Part shown: positions 56,678-64,000 of the stretch, piece after piece
Layout of the letters: every line of letters starts with the position of its first letter
Position numbering within the stretch: position 1 is the stretch's first letter
IMG/VR virus record: IMGVR_UViG_3300014205_000183
DNA length: 64,000 nt
Origin: a virus
Lineage: Duplodnaviria; Caudoviricetes
Reading direction: 5' to 3' (one strand)
The notes under the pieces: generated by a model
What the model was told of the DNA's origin: nothing
What the model saw: the letters and a program-made list of their open reading frames with translations, nothing else
The model's database searches: none
Translations under genes and position numbers: made by a program

Positions 56678-59600
56678 TACCTAGCTCCTTTTTTCTTAGA
56701 AGCCTGTGCTGCGCCAGAAACTACGTCAAAGAATTCTGGGCTGTATTGCTCATCACGCTCGTCGCCGTCTTCGTCCTTAAATGTAATGATATATATCAGT
56801 TCACTGCCGTTATAGCTATGGTCGGATATCTCACCTTCTTTACCAATATCCTGGTTTCCCCATCCAAAATCAGATTGCGCATTAGGCTTTACTTTTGTAC
56901 CATTGGCTAAGACTTTGTAGGGACGCAGGGTTCTGAATTCACCCATAGGAGCGTCATGGTGACTGATTTTGACTTCGATAACACCACCAGGGAATTCCCG
57001 AGCGTCAAAAGAAAAATCCTGAGTACCCGGGAACATCTTGAAGAAATCATCGGAACCTTCGATCTTCATGACGGCATCGCCGGACCGCTGCTGCCAGCCC
57101 ATAGCCCGTCCTTCAACTTCCCAAAGACCTTCATTTTCGAATTGCTCATTAAGGCGAGAAAAAGCCTCATCAAGATCGATCTTCGTGTCATCAAGAGCTA
57201 TTTGGTATGCATCAATGTCATCTTCGGCCAACTCTTTGGCCTTGGCTTCAATGTCCTCGTCTGACGCCCCGGCTTCCATGTCATACTGTTCCGGGTCTTC
57301 TTTTATCAGTTCCTGAAAAAATTCGACTTGGCTCGTATATACGTCGGAATCACTGTATGAGGCAAGGAACTGGCCCTGGTCTTCAGCCGCCTGTTTCTTC
57401 TTACTTTTTAGCGGGCGTTTGGTGCTGACGGCCGTGCGATGACCATTCTTCGACGCAACCATGCTTGGCGCACCCGCGAAGGTACCCAAAATCATAGCAA
57501 CTGAATCGATAGTCGCGGCATCTGCACCTTGCAGCTCCGCTTCAACAGTACCATATACATCCTGCTCAATTCCCTCATCACCTGCAAGCATAGCCAAGAG
57601 GCCCGCGGCTGAATCAGCGGCCGTGGGGTCGTTACCGTACCGGCTATCCCGCATTAGGATATTCAAAATCCGACCATATAAGGCATCTTTTGAATTAGCA
57701 CGTTTATTGGCGGAACCCGCACGTGCTACCGTTGGCCGAAGTGACCTCCGGGTTGCTTGCTTACGGGAAGTCTTGGCGGCTTCTTTATTTGTGGTGTCCT
57801 CACCAAAAGCCTCTAAGACAAAGTTGTAATTGGTTGGTGCACCATGATTCTCAGCAAAAGTACCCCAATTGCCCTGACTGATAGCATCTATGGCACCTTC
57901 AGCAAGATCAACTGCTCGTGCAGCTTTCAATGCTTGTTCCCGCGAATCAACCTGTAAACCAAATTCGGCTAGACCCTCTTCATTACTGAAGTTAATCACT
58001 GTACCAAATTTACCAAATGTCTTAACAGCAACATCCTCTGTCATATCAGGGGATGCCTCTAGCAGAATAATGCCAAGAGTGTACGGTGCAGCAGCAGTCT
58101 TCTTGGAGGCCTCAACACCAACAATCGGAACATAGCTATCGGGGTTAGCCGCACGGTCTGCTTTCAGCATATCCACTATGCCCTTGATTGATTTCTCACC
58201 TCGCAAGGTATTCATGCGAGGCTTACCATTCATCAAAATGTTTGCTTTCTCTTCTTCTGGCAAATCACTGTGAATGATGGCCGACACACCCATGATTGAT
58301 TTATTCCCATTCGTGGTTGGTAGCTTATTTTGCCCACCCATGATATCAGCGAGGATACCAGCAGTCTTCTTACTGGACTCAACTTTCACCCCTGCGGTGT
58401 CCACGTCAAGTATTTGCGCAACGGCCATAGCGTCATCCCGCATAGCCAAGAATCCCTCTCTACCTTCGGGTGTAGATGTATCCCACGTACCATCCATACC
58501 CTCGGTACAAGAATTTTTAAGGCCATTGATTAAACTTAAAGCGGTCTCATCAGTTTCAGCAAATTTCTCAATGCCTTCTAATAAGGTATACATATCTAAA
58601 AAACCATCTCGACCTGCATCTGAAGAAGTATCCCACTCGCCTGTGTAACCCTCAACACAGGAGTTGATGAAGGCTACTAAGTCAGACTTGAGGTCAGATG
58701 TTCCCTCCGCAGCAGTTTTCACCGCTTTGCGCGTCTTTAAACCCGCGTCTGTCTGAAAATCAGGTTCATCTCCTTCGGTGGAGTCATCAGAATCCCAACC
58801 GTAAAACAATTCATAAGAGCCATCATTTTCATTATGTCCAAAATAAAAGCTACCATTATCATAAGGTGCAGCAACTTTCTCGCTGCGGTTCAGCTGGTCT
58901 GCCAGTTTGTTCGCAACACTATCAATAGTATCCCATGAAAGTTCGTCCCCGATAATCAAGTCTTCATCTTCCGTTCCTAATGCGGAAGGAGACTTAGCAG
59001 TGCTGCCCGCAGCCTTAAGTTCGGCAACCAACTCATCAAAAATACCAAAAAACTTGGCTACCTGGACTGGCTGGTAAATGCCATTAGCACCACTAGATAT
59101 GGTATCAACTATAATTTCATAACGACCCGGTTCCCGCTCCAGGTCAGATAAGTTGTAAGACTTTATCTGCTTGAGTGTCTCTTCGCCTAAACCTGGTTTG
59201 TACATTTTAGAAATATCAACATCGTAAGCAGCTTTCACAGCCTTAGAGCTGCGGGTTTTGCTTTGGCCGCCTTTGGGTTTAAAACCGGCGGAGCTGATGG
59301 CGTTGATAAGTTCGGAAGCATCTACATCTTCGCCTTTTACCGTGATCTCACCACCAAGTTCAGGATTACGTTCGCCAATCAGTATATAATGACTGGTTTC
59401 AGAACCTTTCTCATATATGAATGTAGTTGGTGCAACATCCTCATCTTTTGGTAAATCAGATTTCTTCGGATTTTGAATCTCTTCTGTAGACCCATCTGCC
59501 AAAGTCAACACCAAAGTGCATTCCTCAAACACATGATCTGCTGGGAGTTGAAAATAATCTCCAGGAGTGGCGGAGAGAGTATCGCCGTCGGGAGAGATTA

Positions 59601-62600
59601 ACTTAACTCGGCGATATTTCTTGGTCTCCGGTTTGTCTGTTCGGGTTCCGCTGGTGAACACCTCGTCAATCCAGAATTTGTCAACACCAGGGACATTCAG
59701 GTACACCCCTTGATATTTGTCAAATTCCTTGTGTGTCGCGCCGGTGAATCCGGCGTCGGTCAGTTGTTCAACAACTTTGTCGTACATCTCAATATCATAA
59801 TCCTGATCGGCTTCGCCCGTGGCTTTCACATCTTTACCAGCCTTGATTATGCGACGGTCAAACTTGGCTTTTAAAGCCCGGAGTTTAGAGCCATGTTTAT
59901 TAGGATCACGTTCGCCCGGAGCATGAAACATATCAAGCTGCCCCTGGTCTTCACGAACTTGGTGCATGTCAACGCCTGCATCTTCTGGACTACCGATGGC
60001 GCCATCGTTGCTCTTTACGTCCTCAATAAAGCTATCGCGCTCAAGTCCCTGGGGAACCATGAACGCCAGGTTAGAAAAAATACCGGCCAAACTGTCAGCC
60101 GTGCCGTTAAGGCGGCCTTCGTTGCTGTAGTATGGAATATCGCTATCCTGCTCAGCCCAGAAGCCAAAGCTACTACCGTCATCGAAATTCACGGTAAACG
60201 TGATGCTGCCACTGATAAGTTCCATAAAGGACTGACCAAATCTATCAAAGGCCGCATCTTCCGACTCATTGTTATCCTGGTTAAAGAAATAAGTAAGACC
60301 ATAGTTACCACGGACATCGCCACCCTGGTGAACCAGCGCATAACCGTACCACAGTTCATCGTTGCCCTGACAAACACCAAATTGACAAGTAGGTCCAAGG
60401 TACGACCAGTTATAAGTGTTTTCGCTCTTGCCCCTGATTTCTGGCCAGCCGTTACTGGCCACCAGATTGAGTTTCTTGGCCTTGGCCGAACCTTCTTTAA
60501 AGTCCGCTTGCTGGGCAATCATGTTCTCAAACTCTTTTTTAGCCTCTTCCCAGTTGTCCAGGTCAAGGGTTATTCCGGCTTCACTGAGAGTCATAATCTG
60601 GGATGTGCTTTCCACGTGCTCGGCCCAGGTTCCAAGGTCTTCGCCATCGGCCTTTACTTTCTTGGAACTATGTACATATTTACTATCCAAGTTGGCCAGG
60701 AACTCATCAACCTTAGATTCCAGTGTTGCCATGTCGTTAAATGCAAACTCTTCTTCCTTGATAATATTCTCACCGGATTCATGGTGGTATCCAAAGTCTG
60801 TATTCACGGCGTATCGCATGTACAGTGAGTGTGTGTCTGGATTATCACTGTGACCATTGCCCGGAGCATAATACTGAGCTTTTATGATGAACATAACAGT
60901 ATCTTCGCCGTCGCCGCGCTCCATCTCTGACAACTCTTCTGCTTCAGAGGAGTACCCCGCGTTATACAACTCATTGTAGTAAATGTTCTCTACCCCTAGT
61001 TTTTCTACAAGCTCAGGATATTTTTTAATAAATTCTTCCTTAGCATATGTGTAGTTTGACTCCTGGGCTGCGTCAATATCCTTCTGTGCTTCCACATTAG
61101 GAACAGTTGTTCCTGACCCTGTAAGATATTCTACAGTAGTAAAACCATCAACCTGCACACCACCATCTGTAAACGGAATAAAACCATCACGACTTGCGTG
61201 CTCTATTTCTTTAGTCTCGACCTCACCAGCGTTAGTAAGTTCATAGTCGTCCGCGATCGTGTTGAATGCATCAAGCAGTTTCTCATCCAGCATATCCTTG
61301 ATGGCATCATAAGAAACATCACTATCACCGGTATCGTCAGCGGTTTCAGAATCATCAGCCGCTTTGACAGCCTTTGACCCTGTCTTGACTTCATCGTTGC
61401 CAGAAGTAAAGATGGTCTCACCTTTCTCGAGCAACTCTTCCATGGCGTTGCTTACTGCGTAGTTCGGATACCACCAAACCTTACCCTCGGAGGAGATATT
61501 TCCTTCATCATCCGGCAGCATATCATATCCAATAATAGGAGCGGAAGTCAGGGCACCAATGTCCTCCGGTTGTACCATACCCCAAGAACTGTTAGCAAAA
61601 ATGTCTTCAAGTAAATCGGGCATGATATAATTCTCATCCTTGCTTTTTTCAAGCATGGCCGGAAGTTCTTCACGACCAAGGTCTGTAACCTTTATGGAGA
61701 GATCACCGTTAGGTAGTTCTGTAAGAGATGCGTATGTACCTTCTTCAGATAATGCAGCAGTTTTCTTAGAAGCACTAACTTCATTTTTCTGGTCTGCATC
61801 AGCACCGATGGGTGTCTGTCCAGCAAGCGGGAGAATCTCAGCTGTTTTCGCAGCGGCTGTCTTATTATTATCGCAGGCCTCAACAACAGCATTAACAGTA
61901 GCTTCATCAGCATTCTGTAATAAAGACCCAACTAAATCAGTCAGCTCCTGTTCCCCATCCCATTCCTCAAGAGCGTATCCGATTTCAGCAGCTATATTGC
62001 CGCTAGTGCCTTGATCTTTGTAATAGGAATCCTTATTAAGGATAGTCTTGATGGTGTCAACAACGGGCAGCTGCGAGGCGGTTTTCTTATCTGTATCAAC
62101 TTCCGCATCTGCATCTTTAACCATATCAGAGGCTGTAACACCTCTCAGTAGATTGTTTACATCACGGTCTGCATGAACGGCACTGCCGACGCGCTGCTTA
62201 GCGGCTTTGTGACGGAACATGTCATCCTCAGCCAGACTACCGAGGTGTGCCTGAAGGCCTTCGGCGGACATGGGGAACTTCTGACCTGTGCTGATGATGA
62301 ATTCTTTTCCAATATCAATTGACCCGTTAACGAGTGTTAACGGAATAGTGATGTTGCTTGTACGTTTGTAGCTTGGGCTAGCAACTCGACAATTCCACTC
62401 CACAGAACCTGCTGTAGCCTGTCCCTCGCCATCAATTGCACTAACAGTAACCTTGTTAAGACTGGAGCGGTCCAAATAAGCAGCACCTTTCACTGTCTTC
62501 ATAAAATCACTGATAACACCTGCGGAGGCGTTCAAAATACTGTCATAGTTTGCAAGGTTTCCCAGTACAGGAGCCTGGTCTTTAACGACGCCAACCGGGT

Positions 62601-63348
62601 TGTAGCTCGGAATATCAGTTGGCTGGTAAAGTAGCTCGTCTGGTTCATGGAAGTCATCTTCAGTTGCTATGGATTCACGATCAATGGCAAATTGCATACG
62701 TTCAACATCATCTGATGAATATACTGTGCCATCTTTTGCTTTAAGTGTGCCGTTTGGGTAGGCTTCATCAACAATGATACTTACTACTTCATGCGAGAGC
62801 GGACAGATACCATGCAGAACTTGACCTTTAGCAAACTCCTGTGGCTCGTACATCTGCGGTTCAACGAAAGATGGACTGAGTTCCATAATCTCATTATTCA
62901 TGGGGATGAGCATCATGTAATCACCACCATACATATTCTGAGGCATAGCATATCGCACGCCTGCCGCCATTTTTTCAACATCCATAGAAGCCACACCTAC
63001 TAAACCAGCGGCAACCACATCCTTGGTTCCCGTAATAGTATGCACCACTTTATCCGTGTTATCCTTGGAAGCCCTTATTTCAAGTTTGAAATGCTGACCG
63101 AGTTTCTCATGGATAGCTGCTCGTACTTCTGCACCAGAGCTGGGGAATTGATGTAGATTAAGACCATCAACAGCTGCTTCAACTTCTTGGAGGTTGTGTG
63201 CTATCTTTCTGGTTGATCCACATTTGACTTCAAATTTACCAGATTTAACAGCCCACACCTGTAAACCATTATCGTTATAAAGTTCAGTGTATGCAGCGGA
63301 TGCCCGGCGAATATTTTCGGCCTGGACTTTAAGTACGGACTTTGCCAT
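56677..63348 (-). CDS. Giant modular head-region polyprotein (about 2220 aa)
   Basis: Start MAKSVLK at 63348 (AAGGAG). At least ten acidic domains are separated by KKTAS, KTAAAKTAE, KKTAA, KAVKAA, KKVKAD, DVKAT, KAVKAA, VKTAA, KKTAG, KKTAA, KKQAA. Confidence 0.8.
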   Translation of the reverse strand: MAKSVLKVQAENIRRASAAYTELYNDNGLQVWAVKSGKFEVKCGSTRKIAHNLQEVEAAVDGLNLHQFPSSGAEVRAAIHEKLGQHFKLEIRASKDNTDKVVHTITGTKDVVAAGLVGVASMDVEKMAAGVRYAMPQNMYGGDYMMLIPMNNEIMELSPSFVEPQMYEPQEFAKGQVLHGICPLSHEVVSIIVDEAYPNGTLKAKDGTVYSSDDVERMQFAIDRESIATEDDFHEPDELLYQPTDIPSYNPVGVVKDQAPVLGNLANYDSILNASAGVISDFMKTVKGAAYLDRSSLNKVTVSAIDGEGQATAGSVEWNCRVASPSYKRTSNITIPLTLVNGSIDIGKEFIISTGQKFPMSAEGLQAHLGSLAEDDMFRHKAAKQRVGSAVHADRDVNNLLRGVTASDMVKDADAEVDTDKKTASQLPVVDTIKTILNKDSYYKDQGTSGNIAAEIGYALEEWDGEQELTDLVGSLLQNADEATVNAVVEACDNNKTAAAKTAEILPLAGQTPIGADADQKNEVSASKKTAALSEEGTYASLTELPNGDLSIKVTDLGREELPAMLEKSKDENYIMPDLLEDIFANSSWGMVQPEDIGALTSAPIIGYDMLPDDEGNISSEGKVWWYPNYAVSNAMEELLEKGETIFTSGNDEVKTGSKAVKAADDSETADDTGDSDVSYDAIKDMLDEKLLDAFNTIADDYELTNAGEVETKEIEHASRDGFIPFTDGGVQVDGFTTVEYLTGSGTTVPNVEAQKDIDAAQESNYTYAKEEFIKKYPELVEKLGVENIYYNELYNAGYSSEAEELSEMERGDGEDTVMFIIKAQYYAPGNGHSDNPDTHSLYMRYAVNTDFGYHHESGENIIKEEEFAFNDMATLESKVDEFLANLDSKYVHSSKKVKADGEDLGTWAEHVESTSQIMTLSEAGITLDLDNWEEAKKEFENMIAQQADFKEGSAKAKKLNLVASNGWPEIRGKSENTYNWSYLGPTCQFGVCQGNDELWYGYALVHQGGDVRGNYGLTYFFNQDNNESEDAAFDRFGQSFMELISGSITFTVNFDDGSSFGFWAEQDSDIPYYSNEGRLNGTADSLAGIFSNLAFMVPQGLERDSFIEDVKSNDGAIGSPEDAGVDMHQVREDQGQLDMFHAPGERDPNKHGSKLRALKAKFDRRIIKAGKDVKATGEADQDYDIEMYDKVVEQLTDAGFTGATHKEFDKYQGVYLNVPGVDKFWIDEVFTSGTRTDKPETKKYRRVKLISPDGDTLSATPGDYFQLPADHVFEECTLVLTLADGSTEEIQNPKKSDLPKDEDVAPTTFIYEKGSETSHYILIGERNPELGGEITVKGEDVDASELINAISSAGFKPKGGQSKTRSSKAVKAAYDVDISKMYKPGLGEETLKQIKSYNLSDLEREPGRYEIIVDTISSGANGIYQPVQVAKFFGIFDELVAELKAAGSTAKSPSALGTEDEDLIIGDELSWDTIDSVANKLADQLNRSEKVAAPYDNGSFYFGHNENDGSYELFYGWDSDDSTEGDEPDFQTDAGLKTRKAVKTAAEGTSDLKSDLVAFINSCVEGYTGEWDTSSDAGRDGFLDMYTLLEGIEKFAETDETALSLINGLKNSCTEGMDGTWDTSTPEGREGFLAMRDDAMAVAQILDVDTAGVKVESSKKTAGILADIMGGQNKLPTTNGNKSIMGVSAIIHSDLPEEEKANILMNGKPRMNTLRGEKSIKGIVDMLKADRAANPDSYVPIVGVEASKKTAAAPYTLGIILLEASPDMTEDVAVKTFGKFGTVINFSNEEGLAEFGLQVDSREQALKAARAVDLAEGAIDAISQGNWGTFAENHGAPTNYNFVLEAFGEDTTNKEAAKTSRKQATRRSLRPTVARAGSANKRANSKDALYGRILNILMRDSRYGNDPTAADSAAGLLAMLAGDEGIEQDVYGTVEAELQGADAATIDSVAMILGTFAGAPSMVASKNGHRTAVSTKRPLKSKKKQAAEDQGQFLASYSDSDVYTSQVEFFQELIKEDPEQYDMEAGASDEDIEAKAKELAEDDIDAYQIALDDTKIDLDEAFSRLNEQFENEGLWEVEGRAMGWQQRSGDAVMKIEGSDDFFKMFPGTQDFSFDAREFPGGVIEVKISHHDAPMGEFRTLRPYKVLANGTKVKPNAQSDFGWGNQDIGKEGEISDHSYNGSELIYIITFKDEDGDERDEQYSPEFFDVVSGAAQASKKKGAR

Positions 63349-63382
63349 GTGAAACTCCTTATGGAATACGATCAAAATTAAA

Positions 63383-63850
63383 TTACAGAACTATGTATTC
63401 GTTGCCCCCAAGCAAGCTGTCAAACTCCAATGAGGACAGAGTCTCAATGACCTCTCCTTCGTCGGATGATAATTCAACCAACTTACCTGCATTTGTTCTA
63501 CGGAAATTGAGAGTATCGCCTGTTTCTCTTAACGCAATCTTGCCTGCACGTTTAACGCCGGCCTCGCGGACAGGATTGGTGAATTCAGCAGCACGGGAAA
63601 CATCGGAGGCATCAATGCCAAACATGGCCCGAACACCCTCAGACGCCAGGCGTGGATTCTCAGCCATAAGCCTGTCACTTCCTTCTTCAATTTCTTCAGA
63701 GTTTACACCATCGAGCAGGGTGTCGAGTGCCTCTTCTTCATCGAATGTGGGTACTTCGAGTTCTTCGATAATCACACGGCCACCAATTTTACGGGCCTGA
63801 GTGAGAGCTGGTTTCATAGTGAGAGATTTCTCAAAACTTGTATCTGACAT
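63383..63850 (-). CDS. Hypothetical acidic protein
   Basis: Start MSDTSFEK at 63850 with AAGGAG RBS. Confidence 0.65.
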   Translation of the reverse strand: MSDTSFEKSLTMKPALTQARKIGGRVIIEELEVPTFDEEEALDTLLDGVNSEEIEEGSDRLMAENPRLASEGVRAMFGIDASDVSRAAEFTNPVREAGVKRAGKIALRETGDTLNFRRTNAGKLVELSSDEGEVIETLSSLEFDSLLGGNEYIVL

Positions 63851-63863
63851 ATTGACTCCTTGG

Positions 63864-63998
63864 TTACAGTCCTGTACTACCGCCAACACGACAACGTCCA
63901 GTCTTGGCATTAATTACTAAGGTTAAACGACCTGCGTGATAATCTTCGATGGATTCTTTAGAAATGCAAAGCAATTCATAGACTGCTTCGTAGTCCTC
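63864..63998 (-). CDS. 3' end of an upstream gene (partial)
   Basis: Open frame ...EDYEAVYELLCISKESIEDYHAGRLTLVINAKTGRCRVGGSTGL-stop from the window edge. Confidence 0.5.
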   Translation of the reverse strand, partial: EDYEAVYELLCISKESIEDYHAGRLTLVINAKTGRCRVGGSTGL

Positions 63999-64000
63999 GG

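Larger units (their letters stand above)
1..64000 (-). mobile_element. Large myovirus-type phage genome segment: head, neck, contractile tail and baseplate module
   Basis: Co-oriented, tightly packed minus-strand genes in the order portal, protease, scaffold, capsid, neck, sheath, tube, chaperones, tape measure, hub, spike, gp25-like, baseplate J, fibres. No host housekeeping genes. Confidence 0.95.

Noticed and set aside
59893-60828. 311-aa plus-strand ORF and the many other short plus-strand ORFs
   Set aside because: They lie wholly antisense to long minus-strand genes and are explained by codon bias.
1-64000. Stop-codon reassignment as in some large phages
   Set aside because: Genes are full length and tightly packed under the standard code, and TAA, TAG and TGA all end genes next to the following start.

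Overview
This window is the virion morphogenesis region of a large contractile-tailed (myovirus-type) dsDNA phage. Essentially all real genes are on the minus strand and use the standard code. Transcription runs from high to low coordinates. First come about 25 kb of large, modular, acidic/basic head-region proteins surrounding an intein-containing portal (47490-50642). Then follow the prohead protease, a scaffold-like protein, a decoration protein, the major capsid protein, neck proteins, sheath, tube, tail chaperones (likely -1 frameshift at CCCAAAA), tape measure, baseplate and fibre genes. No terminase, integrase, tRNA, rRNA or CRISPR array is visible. The most striking unexplained pattern is a short basic motif, (K/R)-(K/V)-x-A followed by A/G/S/D (e.g. 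KKTAA, KKTAG, KKQAA, VKAA). It recurs dozens of times at apparent domain boundaries in the head-region proteins and the protease, and is scarce in tail proteins. I infer a set of capsid-packaged polyproteins that the prohead protease cuts into many small effectors. One such protein (25741-28950) strings together four ADP-ribosyltransferase-like domains, a nucleoside-deoxyribosyltransferase-like domain and an Acb1-like 2H phosphodiesterase. Another carries a Pol-beta-type nucleotidyltransferase. A perfect 31-bp intergenic repeat precedes both the head and tail gene blocks. All family assignments come from motif recognition and gene order, not from database searches.
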